NCBI GenBank assembly: GCA_963674865.2
Contig: CAXXYE010000009.1
Coordinates: 1,824,001-1,888,000, forward strand
Reading direction: 5' to 3'
DNA: 64,000 nucleotides
From: Candidatus Hydrogenedentota bacterium
GTDB lineage: Bacteria; Hydrogenedentota; Hydrogenedentia; Hydrogenedentales; SLHB01
A program made the translations under genes and the position numbers. The notes under the pieces were generated by a model, which saw only the letters and a program-made list of their open reading frames with translations, made no database searches and was not told the origin of the DNA. Below, piece after piece: positions 29,215 through 38,118 of the stretch (position 1 is its first letter; each line of letters opens with the position of its first letter).

Positions 29215-29265
29215 CATACCAAGAAGTTCTAGCCATAGTATGCCAAGAACTTCTTAGTATGTCAA
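29215..29265 (-). promoter_or_regulatory. Sigma70-type promoter of padR overlapped by a 22-bp inverted-repeat pair (probable PadR operators)
   Basis: Minus strand TTGACA-17 nt-CATACT with an extended -10 TG. 29215..29236 and 29240..29261 are inverted repeats (19/22). Confidence 0.65.
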
Positions 29266-29306
29266 GGGTGCCTGAATTCGCTGTCGCCCTGGTGGTTTGA
29301 GTCTCG

Positions 29307-29680
29307 CTAACGGCGTCTTGTTCTTGCCGCGAAAAGCGGGGACAGAGGAGCTATTGAAAAAGTCCGGAGTTGCTGCACGCAGGCCGCGAAAGGACCTGGG
29401 ACAGTCCCGTCTTCGTCCGCCTGCGGCGGACTCCGCTTGGGACAGTCCCGGTCTTTCGCTCAACTTCTGGGGCGAATGCGACTTCCTCAACAGCAGAAAC
29501 ACATCTGCGTCCGGCCGCGGCGGACTCGGGCAGAGGACAAACGCAGGAATCGGAAACCTGGGACAGTCCCGTCTTCGTCCGCCTGCGGCGGACTCCGCTT
29601 GGGACAGTTCCCGTTCTTCGCTTCTTCTTGGCGGTTCTGCGTCTTTGCAGATGAGTGCCTTCGATGATGGGTCACGACAC
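29307..29680. mobile_element. Composite family-R repeat carrying MITE M copy 3 (29347..~29494, decayed right end)
   Basis: GGGACAGA|GGAGCTATTGAAAAAGTC...GACTTCCTCAACAGC; three core hairpins at 29415, 29509 and 29577. Confidence 0.75.
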
Positions 29681-29709
29681 TGGGGTGAGCCGCCAAGCGG
29701 CCCGTCCGA

Positions 29710-30876
29710 TCAATACCGGCCGAATTCCTGGAGGGCTTCCCACATGGCCATGATGTTCTCGGGGGGGACTTCGCTCTGGATGTTGTGAACGGTGTTGAAG
29801 ACGTATCCGCCGCCGGGCGCGAGGGCATCGAGGTTGCGCTTCACATCGTCGCGCACTTCCTGCGGCGTGCCGTTGGGGAGGACATGTTGCGTATCCACGC
29901 CGCCGCCCCAGAACGTCAATGCGTCGCCGAAGTCTCGCTTGAGCGCCACCGGCTCCATCCCGGCCGCGGCCACGTGGATGGGATTGAGGATGTCTACGCC
30001 GGCTTCGATGAAATCGGGCAGGAAGGGCCGGACGCTTCCGCAGGAATGGAAGAAGAGGAGGGCGTTTGGCGCGGCCTTCTTGATGGCGGCGAACAGGCGC
30101 ATCTGGTGCGGTTTGAAAGATTGCAGGTACTGATCGTGTGAGATGAGCTGCGATTGCTGCGTGCCGTAGTCGTCGTTCTCCGCGATCACGTCGACCACGT
30201 CGCCCAATTCGGCGAGGGCCATTTCCCAGAAGGCGATCTTGAGGTCGGCCAGTTTCCCGATGAGTTTGTCGGAGAATTCGGGATACAGCATGGGGTCCAT
30301 GAGCGCGTTCTGCATGCCTCGGACGCGCTGCGACATCTCGAATAAGCCGGCAGCCAAGCCTTTGAGCGCGACGAGCTTGCCCGCCTTCCGAAAGGCAAGG
30401 GCCTGTCTGCGCAGGCCTTCGATGCGCTTGGGATTGGCGGCGTCGGGCCAGGCGTGGCCGTCTACGGAAGCCGGTTCGGGCGGGGCGTCGGCGAGGGGCT
30501 CGGCGACAATGGTGAACCAATGGCCGTGCTCTTTGGGGAAGCGGTGGGTGATGGCCCATTCGTCGTGATAGCGCCAAGCGTCGCCGCCGTCTTCGAGTTG
30601 CTCGTAGACGTTCCAGTTGTGGCTGGTGAGTGGGAAGAGGCCGCGCGTGTCCACTTGGAGCCGTTCGAGGAGGTCTTCGTGGGGCGTCACGATCTGCTGG
30701 ATCACGTCGCACCATACGGGCTCCACGGCGGGTAGGCCGAGGTGTCGGCGGAGGTTCTGATATGCGCCGTTCGAGATGCCCGTTACCTGCGTGCTCGCCA
30801 GGTCGTAGGGGACGCGGTCGGGCTCCTCGTGGCGCAGGGTCTTCAGCATCCGGTCGCGCGAGGTCATGTCGGCCAT
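29710..30876 (-). CDS. Uroporphyrinogen-decarboxylase-fold (MtaA/CmuA-like) protein
   Basis: EPDRVP, DDYGTQ, FHSCG, FWGGGVDTQ and GGYVF..VHNIQ motifs. Confidence 0.85.
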   Translation of the reverse strand: MADMTSRDRMLKTLRHEEPDRVPYDLASTQVTGISNGAYQNLRRHLGLPAVEPVWCDVIQQIVTPHEDLLERLQVDTRGLFPLTSHNWNVYEQLEDGGDAWRYHDEWAITHRFPKEHGHWFTIVAEPLADAPPEPASVDGHAWPDAANPKRIEGLRRQALAFRKAGKLVALKGLAAGLFEMSQRVRGMQNALMDPMLYPEFSDKLIGKLADLKIAFWEMALAELGDVVDVIAENDDYGTQQSQLISHDQYLQSFKPHQMRLFAAIKKAAPNALLFFHSCGSVRPFLPDFIEAGVDILNPIHVAAAGMEPVALKRDFGDALTFWGGGVDTQHVLPNGTPQEVRDDVKRNLDALAPGGGYVFNTVHNIQSEVPPENIMAMWEALQEFGRY

Positions 30877-30877
30877 G

Positions 30878-31990
30878 CTACTTCGCCGCCTCCTGTGGGG
30901 TTTGGCCATAGGGTGGATTCGAGAAGGCGCCCGGAGCGAGTCCGAGGGCCTCTTCGTAGATTGCCAGGGCGTTCTCGACGGGATTGTCGGCCTGGATGCA
31001 ATGGGCCGGGGCGAAGATATAGCCGCCGCCCTTGGCCATGACATTGAGTCGATGGCGGGCCTCCGCGCGGCAGGCGTCCACGGTGCCGAAGGGAAGCGTT
31101 TGCTGCGTGCTGATCAATCCGCAGAAGGTGAGCTTGTCGCCGAACTCGGCTTTGATCTCCTCCGGGTTCATGCCCGCGGGCTCGGGCTGCATGGCGTCGA
31201 GCACGTCGAGTCCCATGTCGATGAACCGGGCCATGAGCTTCCGGGTGTCGCCGCAGGAGTGCATCATGGCTTTGCAGCCGTAGTCGTGGGCGAGGTCATA
31301 GAAACGCTTGAGCCGGGGGACGAAGAACGCGTCGAACACCTCGAAAGGGAACATCGGGCCGGCCTGATTGCCGCAGTCTTCGCCGAGGCACAGGATGTCG
31401 ATCTTTCCCTTTCCTGCTTCGAGGGTGCGCCGCTGCAGTTCGAAGAGCACGTCGCACCGCTTGTCGATAACGGCCACTCCGACGGGGTCCTGCGTCATGA
31501 TGTCCATCATGACGCGCTGCATGCCGCGGCCGCGGCTGACGCCGTTGAGAATGTCGGGCGTGCCCGCCCCGCCGCAGCACACGGCGTAGTCGGCGACGGC
31601 TTCGCATTGGGCCTCGACGGTAGAGAAATCGTAGTTGTCGGGATCGGGCCAGCGATAGGCCTCGAACTCCGCCATCGTGTTGATCTCGGCCAGGGCCAGG
31701 TGGCTCGGTTCGGGATACGAGCCGCCGTGGCCGTGGTCGAACATCTTGTAGCCGATGCCCCACTCGTCGGTGAAGTCGGAGCCTTCCGGCGTGGGGAAGG
31801 GCTCGCCGCGGTACTGGGCGCTTACGCCCCGGAAATCGACGCCAAAGATCTCGAGCAGCTCGGCGTGCTTCTCGACGCCGAAATGCTTCATCAGCTTGTC
31901 CCGGATCTCGGGCGTGAGGTACGTCTGGATCGGTACGCGATCCGGCTCTCTGTGCGCGATGGCCGTCAGTACCCGTTCTTTCGGGGTCAT
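30878..31990 (-). CDS. Uroporphyrinogen-decarboxylase-fold (MtaA/CmuA-like) protein
   Basis: EPDRVP, DEWG, GED.GNQ, MHSCG and GGYIFAPAH motifs. Confidence 0.85.
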   Translation of the reverse strand: MTPKERVLTAIAHREPDRVPIQTYLTPEIRDKLMKHFGVEKHAELLEIFGVDFRGVSAQYRGEPFPTPEGSDFTDEWGIGYKMFDHGHGGSYPEPSHLALAEINTMAEFEAYRWPDPDNYDFSTVEAQCEAVADYAVCCGGAGTPDILNGVSRGRGMQRVMMDIMTQDPVGVAVIDKRCDVLFELQRRTLEAGKGKIDILCLGEDCGNQAGPMFPFEVFDAFFVPRLKRFYDLAHDYGCKAMMHSCGDTRKLMARFIDMGLDVLDAMQPEPAGMNPEEIKAEFGDKLTFCGLISTQQTLPFGTVDACRAEARHRLNVMAKGGGYIFAPAHCIQADNPVENALAIYEEALGLAPGAFSNPPYGQTPQEAAK

Positions 31991-32021
31991 AGGCTTGGCG
32001 TCCTCCTTTGGATTGCCCGCG

Positions 32022-32912
32022 TCAGTCGGCGGCGCTGCGCGCCGCTGCCGCGATGGCGCGGATATGGTCGGGGCCCGTGCCGCAGCATCCGCCGACGATG
32101 TTGACGCCGGCCTCGACGAGGGCCGGGACGACGTTCGCCATCATCTCGGGCGTTGCCGGGAATGTGGTGACGCCGTCCACCTGCACGGGCAGGCCGGCGT
32201 TGGCTTGTACCATGATGGGGACATCAGGCGCGCTTGCGCGGAGTTCTTTGACGATGCCGACCATGCCTTCGGGCCCCTGCCCGCAGTTGGCGCCGATGAT
32301 GGTGGCGCCGGCCTCGAGCACCTGTGCGGCCATGTCGGTGGGCGAGACGCCCATCATCGTTCGGTAGACGTTTTCCCCGTGGCAATCGAAGGTGAAGGTG
32401 CAGAGCACTTCGAGGGACGTGTTTTCCCGCGCCGCCTTGACGGCGATGCAGGCTTCGTCGATGGCGGCCATGGTTTCGACGACGCACGCGTCGGCCCCGC
32501 CCTTCTCGAGAGCGACGGATTGTTCCTTGAAGGCGTCGTATAGCTCTTCCTCGGTGACGTCGCCCATCATGAGGATCTTCCCCGTAGGGCCGATGGAGGC
32601 GAACACGTGCTTGTCGGAACCTGCGGCCTCACGCGAGATGGCGGCGGCGGCCTCATTGATCTCGGCGACGCGCTCCGCGAGGCCGAAGTATTCGAGTTTG
32701 AACTTCGTCCCGCCGAAGCTGTTGGTGCTGATCATGTCGGAGCCGGCCTCGACGTAGCTACGCGCGATGTCGAGCACGTTATCGCGGCGTTCGATGTTCC
32801 ATAGCTCCGGGCATTCGCCGGGTTTCAGGCCTTTCTGGGCGAGAAATGTGCCCCAGCCGCCGTCGGAAACAAGGATTTTTCGGTTGCTCAGATCCTCTTT
32901 AATGCTGTTCAC
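32022..32912 (-). CDS. Stand-alone homocysteine S-methyltransferase domain (MetH N-terminal module)
   Basis: DGGWGT, TNSFG, ET, GANC, NAGLP and GGCCGT.P.HI (Zn-binding Cys) motifs. Confidence 0.9.
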   Translation of the reverse strand: MNSIKEDLSNRKILVSDGGWGTFLAQKGLKPGECPELWNIERRDNVLDIARSYVEAGSDMISTNSFGGTKFKLEYFGLAERVAEINEAAAAISREAAGSDKHVFASIGPTGKILMMGDVTEEELYDAFKEQSVALEKGGADACVVETMAAIDEACIAVKAARENTSLEVLCTFTFDCHGENVYRTMMGVSPTDMAAQVLEAGATIIGANCGQGPEGMVGIVKELRASAPDVPIMVQANAGLPVQVDGVTTFPATPEMMANVVPALVEAGVNIVGGCCGTGPDHIRAIAAAARSAAD

Positions 32913-32981
32913 TGCTTAACTCCTTCTGGTTCCAGCAAAGAACCTAACACATCAAGGGGGGGGGCCGCCAAAAAGGTCCTA

Positions 32982-33139
32982 TCCCCCGGTGGCCGTGTTG
33001 CCCATTGCGCCGCGCGTCACGTCATTGGAAGTAGAGACATTAGCGAAGCCAGTTTCCTCACCCGCTTGGTGAGTACATCTCAAGAAATGGGGCCGTCTTA
33101 GAGCACCGTGTGCGCGGCGCGGTCGAGTTATCCGGCGAT
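32982..33139. repeat. ~157-bp element E, intact copy
   Basis: Ungapped alignment to 54907..55066, 116/160 identities by hand count; nested inverted arms. Confidence 0.8.
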
Positions 33140-33152
33140 GACGGTATCCTTG

Positions 33153-33668
33153 CTATTCCTCAATGCCTTTCCGGGCGGTTATGCCCTGTTCGTAGTAGTG
33201 CTTAACCATGCGCATATCGGTAACCAGGTCGGCCCGCTCGATGATGGCCGGGTCCGCTTTGCGGCCGGTAATAACCAGTTCGACATGCTCGGGCCGGGTG
33301 TTGATGAGATCAAGTAAGTCATTAACCGAAAACAGGTTAAAGAAAGTTGCGAGATTTGCTTCGTCCAGGATAACCACGTCATGTGCACCGGACATGATCG
33401 CCTCGCGTATCTCCTGGAAGCCCTTGCGCGCGGCCAGCGTGTCGCCCTCTGTCGGTTCGCCTTGGACAAAATCCCCGTCGCCGTATTGCCTCACCGTGAT
33501 ATTGTTTGAAAGCTGTTTTAGGGCCTCCAGTTCACTGGAGGGCCGGTGCTTAAGGAACTGAGCGATGAAGACGTGACGCCCGGCGCCCGCAGCGCGTAGC
33601 GCCAAACCTAGGGCCGCGGTCGTCTTGCCTTTCCCATCGCCGGTATATACGTGGACAAATCCCTTCAC
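33153..33668 (-). CDS. cobO: Cob(I)alamin adenosyltransferase (CobO/BtuR)
   Basis: VYTGDGKGKTTAALG, QFLK, ILDE, ELVITGR, ADLVT and ARKGIE motifs. Confidence 0.9.
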   Translation of the reverse strand: MKGFVHVYTGDGKGKTTAALGLALRAAGAGRHVFIAQFLKHRPSSELEALKQLSNNITVRQYGDGDFVQGEPTEGDTLAARKGFQEIREAIMSGAHDVVILDEANLATFFNLFSVNDLLDLINTRPEHVELVITGRKADPAIIERADLVTDMRMVKHYYEQGITARKGIEE

Positions 33669-34007
33669 GATTATCCTTTCATGTGTTGTTTGCAGGCCAG
33701 CATCATACGTGTTCTTGGCCGTCACCCGCAACGCTCGCCGGCTGGGGCGAGGGGGCTGTGGCCTTCATTGTTAAGGCCATATTGCCCAATGACTTGCGAA
33801 GGTCTTGGGCTGTCGCGTCTAGTCCGTCAGCTTCAAGACTCGCCCAACGAAAGTCCCGGTTTCGTTTAGCGTGGGGCGTGGTTTGCATCTTCAAGGTGAA
33901 ACCAATACGGCGTTCACCGGTATACTCTCAGGATGTACACTGATTGTGTCGCTCAAGTGGCTCATGCAATGGATAAGATGAAGATATCTCCGAAAGGCGC
34001 CGTGAAA

Positions 34008-34157
34008 ATGAAGCATTTGAAGAGTATGACGCATTCTCCGAGGCGGGCGGAAGAGGAGATTCCTGCTTCCCAGTGGTTCAGCATTCTGGCCGTTCTCATC
34101 AACGCCATAGAGCCTCTCATCGCCTACAAAACCGGCGGCGATCCGGACCTCGCCTAG
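34008..34157 (+). CDS. 49-aa small protein of the M[KR]H-leader family (copy 2)
   Basis: MKHLKSMTHSPRRAEEEIPASQWFSILAVLINAIEPLIAYKTGGDPDLA*; GAAAGG upstream of ATG 34008. Confidence 0.7.
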   Translation: MKHLKSMTHSPRRAEEEIPASQWFSILAVLINAIEPLIAYKTGGDPDLA

Positions 34158-34264
34158 GCCTGTCGCCGGAGCTGATAAGCGCGATCTATCAAGGGGTCGT
34201 AGCGGGTCTCCTTCTGCTATACTGACGGGGCAACGGGGGTTGTTCTTGAAGGGAGGAGAATGTC

Positions 34265-34981
34265 ATGTCGCAGGAGACTTTCGTACCGGCCGGCGAAGGT
34301 GCGCCCAAGAAGAGCCATGGCTGTTTGTGGGGCTGTCTGGGCGCCACGGTGGCGCTGATTGTCGTGTTGGTGGCGGGTGTGTTTGTTGTGAAACACGCCA
34401 TCGAGCGAACCATCGACGCGGTAACCGAGACGGAAGCCATGGCCATCCCAGCGGTTGAAGTGGCCCCCGATGAGGCTGAGGCGCTCGTGGCACGGCTGGG
34501 CGCGTTTGGGCAGGCCCTTAGGAATGGGCAGCCAGCGGAACCGCTTGTCCTGACGGAAGATGAGGTCAATGTAGCCATCCAGAGTCACCCTGACTGGGCC
34601 ATGCTCAAGGGGCGGATCCACGTCACTTTGTCGGGAGACGAGGCCGGGGGGAAGATCAGCATGCCCCTCGGCGAGATGGGCTTGGGCTTTCTGGAGGGGC
34701 GCTATCTGAACGCGTCGGCGAAGTTCAATGTGTTCTTCCAAGCCGGCGTCCTGCATGTGTACGTCGTCTCGGGCGAGGTGAAGGGAAAGCCCCTGCCCGA
34801 GAGCGTGCTTCAACGGCTGCGAACGGAGAACTTGGCGAAGGATATGCAAACCGATTCTGAGACTCGGGCCATGCTCGAGAAGCTGGCGAGCGTGGAGGTC
34901 AAAGACGGCAAGCTGATCATCACGCCGAAGGCAGCGTCCGAGCGGGCCGCCTCGCCGAATTCTCCGACAGCGGGTTCGTGA
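34265..34981 (+). CDS. Hypothetical protein with a single N-terminal TM anchor
   Basis: GGAGGAG RBS; KKSHGCLWGCL followed by a hydrophobic helix. Confidence 0.7.
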   Translation: MSQETFVPAGEGAPKKSHGCLWGCLGATVALIVVLVAGVFVVKHAIERTIDAVTETEAMAIPAVEVAPDEAEALVARLGAFGQALRNGQPAEPLVLTEDEVNVAIQSHPDWAMLKGRIHVTLSGDEAGGKISMPLGEMGLGFLEGRYLNASAKFNVFFQAGVLHVYVVSGEVKGKPLPESVLQRLRTENLAKDMQTDSETRAMLEKLASVEVKDGKLIITPKAASERAASPNSPTAGS

Positions 34982-35205
34982 AGTAGGTTGTCCGTTCCGG
35001 GCGACGTGCGTGCAGTCTGGCTATGCGGCTGTGAGAAAAGCGGTCTGTGCGGGGCAGACAGAGCATTGGACAAATTTGTGGGCCTGTGGTAGGCTCCGGG
35101 GCGTTTGCGTGCAGGCTAATTTGCCCCAAAATGCTGTATTCCTTCCGATATAGTACGCTCAACCGTGCTCTAGGAGTCTGGCTCAAGGGCCAGGTTTCTG
35201 GTGGG

Positions 35206-35604
35206 ATGCGGCGAGAAGGGTTTTGTAAGTTCTTACGTCTCAACGCCCATAGCTCTCGGGCCCCGTCATTTGGCGGCTTTCTGGCTGCACCTCTAGGCTT
35301 GTGTCTGCTGCCCCTTCTGCTGGTGCTGGCGGCGATGCCGGCCTACCATCCTGAGGCGGCGCACAGCGCGCATTGCGGTCACGGGCATTCGGCGTGCGGC
35401 GAGGTGCATTGCGGCCATGCCGGGCACTGCCCGGGGTGCGTCCTCGCCCTGTTCGCCCTGCCTTCCATGCCCAACTGTGTTGTCGCCGCGCCCGGCCAAG
35501 GTCCCCCGCACGTGGAGCGCTCCTTCGCGCTTCGGGTTTGTCCGGCGCGCGTTCCAGGCGTTATTCGTCGTGCCCATTCCCCTCCTTCGTCAAAGGCGGC
35601 CTAG
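35206..35604 (+). CDS. His/Cys-rich DUF2946-like leader protein (start uncertain)
   Basis: Hydrophobic segment, HSAHCGHGH...HCPGC, Pro-rich linker, C-terminal RRAHSPP. Confidence 0.5.
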   Translation: MRREGFCKFLRLNAHSSRAPSFGGFLAAPLGLCLLPLLLVLAAMPAYHPEAAHSAHCGHGHSACGEVHCGHAGHCPGCVLALFALPSMPNCVVAAPGQGPPHVERSFALRVCPARVPGVIRRAHSPPSSKAA

Positions 35605-35706
35605 TTTGGTGGCATTTTTCAGTGGTATAGCGACATGGATTTCTCGATGCGGCGGATTTGTCTTTGCCGTGGACGGCGGACTTCCATGGTGCAGAGGAGT
35701 TCTTCA

Positions 35707-36369
35707 ATGGTGAGAATGGAGCATTGCCGCCGGAGGCTCGGCCCCGGCGTTGAGTTTTGCTGCGAGGCGTTTCATGCGCCGGAAGGGGCGCATTTGGCGC
35801 TCTGGGGTCCCAGCGGGTGCGGAAAGAGCACCATGCTGAACCTGATCTCGGGGCTTCTTCGTCCCGATGAGGGCGTTGTCGAGGTGGATGGCGCCGAAAT
35901 TCAGAACATGAGTGAGGGGCAGCTCGACCGTTTTCGAGGCGCCCGTTTCGGGTTCATTTTTCAGACTTTCAACCTATTGCGGCCGTTTACGGCCTTGCAG
36001 AATGTGCTCCTGGGCATGCGGTTCAGCGACACGCTTCCCCAATCGGAATGGAAGCCTCGGGCTACCGAGTTGCTGGAGCGCGTCGGGTTGAGCCACCGGC
36101 TCCATAGTAAGCCGGCGACGATGAGCGTGGGCGAGCAGCAGCGCGTGGCCATCGCTCGGGCCTTGGCGAACAGGCCGCGGCTTATCGTGGCGGATGAGCC
36201 GACGGGTAGTCTCGATCCGAAGACGTCGAGAGGCGTGATGGATCTTCTACTCGAGATGTGTTCCGAGGAGAAACTCACGGCCTTGCTCGTGACTCACGAT
36301 CGAGCCATTGCGGATCTGCTTCCCGAGCGGTTTGATTGTTCCGGACTGGTGAAGGAGGTGGCGTCATGA
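35707..36369 (+). CDS. ABC transporter ATP-binding protein (LolD/MacB-type; ZrgB-like)
   Basis: [38 protein letters not shown] and VTHD motifs. Confidence 0.9.
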   Translation: MVRMEHCRRRLGPGVEFCCEAFHAPEGAHLALWGPSGCGKSTMLNLISGLLRPDEGVVEVDGAEIQNMSEGQLDRFRGARFGFIFQTFNLLRPFTALQNVLLGMRFSDTLPQSEWKPRATELLERVGLSHRLHSKPATMSVGEQQRVAIARALANRPRLIVADEPTGSLDPKTSRGVMDLLLEMCSEEKLTALLVTHDRAIADLLPERFDCSGLVKEVAS

Positions 36370-38084
36370 GTCTATGGCATATCGCATGGAGCTATCTCTG
36401 GAACCGGAAATTGACGACAAGCCTCACCATTCTCTCCGTGGGGCTTGCTGTCGGCCTTATCTCCTCTGTGCTTACGTTGCGCGATGAGACGCGCAAGAGG
36501 TTCGAGGAGGAAGGGCAGTCTTACGACATCGTGATGGGGGCGAAGGGCAGCCCGCTGCAACTTGTCCTCAGTTCGCTGTATTTCATGGACGTTCCCACGG
36601 GGAACATCCTGTATTCGGACTACCTGCACTTGCGTGGGGCGGATCTGGCCGTCGAGACGGCTACGGATACCGAGATCACGGCGACGATCCCAGCGGGGAC
36701 GCTGCTCGATCAGGAGCCGCTTCTGCTGAAGGTTGTGAACGCGGACGCCGGGCAAACGGGGAGCCGCTTCGACCTGTTCAGCTCTCACTATGATGGCCCG
36801 GCCCAGGCTCTGAACGAGAAAATGCCGGTGCAGATTGCCTCTGTTGCGCCGTCCCAGCTTCCAAAGGGAACGACATCCGAGGCGATTCGCCTTACGATCA
36901 GGGGACGCGGCTTCGGAGCGTCTCCGCGGGTCGTCATCGGCGGCCACGAAGACGTGGCCAATGCCTTCCCCATCGGCATGGGCGACTCCTTCCAGAAGTT
37001 TCGGATTATCGGGACGGTGCGAGGGCTTTTTGAGCATGTCTGGATCGACCCCGTTAGCGGTAGGGAGCGGAGGCCGTTTCAGCTTGCCGAGGGACGCATT
37101 TTCGAGCGTACGAGGGAAGCTGTTGTGGGCAGCACGGTGGCTAAGCAGACGGGCCTGGAGGTCGGGGAAACCTTCGTCGGTACGCATGGCTACATTGAGC
37201 TGCCGGAGGGCACTGGACACGTTCACTCGGATTTTGTCTACGAGGTGGTAGGCATTTTGAAGCCGTCCGGAACGCCCAACGACCGCGCGATCTTCTGCAC
37301 ACTCGACTCCGTGTGGGATGTGCACGGATTGAAGCATGGCGCCGGATATGATTCCCAGCACGGCGGGCACGGCGATGCCCATGCCGCGGAAGTTCACGAG
37401 CATGAACACGCCGAGCATGCGGACGGACACGAACACCATGCCCACGGTGAAGGCGAGGAGTACGAAGGGGAACACGAACATGCCGCAGCCGATGAGCACG
37501 GCCATGAGCACCACCACGGAGAAGAGGCCGGCGGCCCTCCCGAGGTAACGGCGGTTCTCGTGAGTTTGGAGTCGCCGACGCTGCGGTTCCAATTCAAGGA
37601 ATACGTCAATGACGAGATGAACGCTATGGCGGCCATCCCCGTCAACCAGGTGGCCAAGCTCTACGATCAGTTGCTGGCCACGGCGAAGGCGGTCCTATTG
37701 GCCGTGGGCTATCTTGTTGTGGTAATATCGGCATTGTCGATACTAATCGGGCTGTACTTGTCCATTATCCAGCGTAAACGCGATATGGCGATCATGCGTG
37801 CGTTGGGTGCTTCGGCTTATGAGATATTCGGCGCGGTGATCATCGAGGCATTCTGGGTAACCGTTCTGGGTATTGTGTCCGGTTGGCTTATCGGAGGCCT
37901 GGTTACCGTCGCACTGGGTATGTACCTGGTCAGGGAGTACGGTTTGTCTATCATGCCGTTCACCCTTACGCCGGAAGAGCTTAGTGCTTTCTCCGCGGTG
38001 GCTATTGTGGGTCTGGTTGCTGGGCTTCTGCCCGCGTGGCAGGCCTATCGTACCGATGTCGCGCGCGATTTGGCGGAACTGTGA
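36366..38084 (+). CDS. FtsX/MacB-type ABC permease (ZrgC-like) with an IPT-like insertion and a His-rich loop
   Basis: GAKGSPLQLVL, PIGMGDS, VVGILKPSGTPNDRA, MRALGA and LPAWQAYR motifs; ATGA overlap with the ATPase stop. Confidence 0.85.
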   Translation: MSLWHIAWSYLWNRKLTTSLTILSVGLAVGLISSVLTLRDETRKRFEEEGQSYDIVMGAKGSPLQLVLSSLYFMDVPTGNILYSDYLHLRGADLAVETATDTEITATIPAGTLLDQEPLLLKVVNADAGQTGSRFDLFSSHYDGPAQALNEKMPVQIASVAPSQLPKGTTSEAIRLTIRGRGFGASPRVVIGGHEDVANAFPIGMGDSFQKFRIIGTVRGLFEHVWIDPVSGRERRPFQLAEGRIFERTREAVVGSTVAKQTGLEVGETFVGTHGYIELPEGTGHVHSDFVYEVVGILKPSGTPNDRAIFCTLDSVWDVHGLKHGAGYDSQHGGHGDAHAAEVHEHEHAEHADGHEHHAHGEGEEYEGEHEHAAADEHGHEHHHGEEAGGPPEVTAVLVSLESPTLRFQFKEYVNDEMNAMAAIPVNQVAKLYDQLLATAKAVLLAVGYLVVVISALSILIGLYLSIIQRKRDMAIMRALGASAYEIFGAVIIEAFWVTVLGIVSGWLIGGLVTVALGMYLVREYGLSIMPFTLTPEELSAFSAVAIVGLVAGLLPAWQAYRTDVARDLAEL

Positions 38085-38118
38085 GTAGGGCCTGGAGGCC
38101 GAATAAGGGAAAAGAGCA

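Noticed and set aside
33669..34007. Cobalamin riboswitch upstream of cobO or the Hcy methyltransferase
   Set aside because: I could not find the GGGAA...GCCACTG / B12-box motifs. Element E at 32982 also occurs beside unrelated genes.
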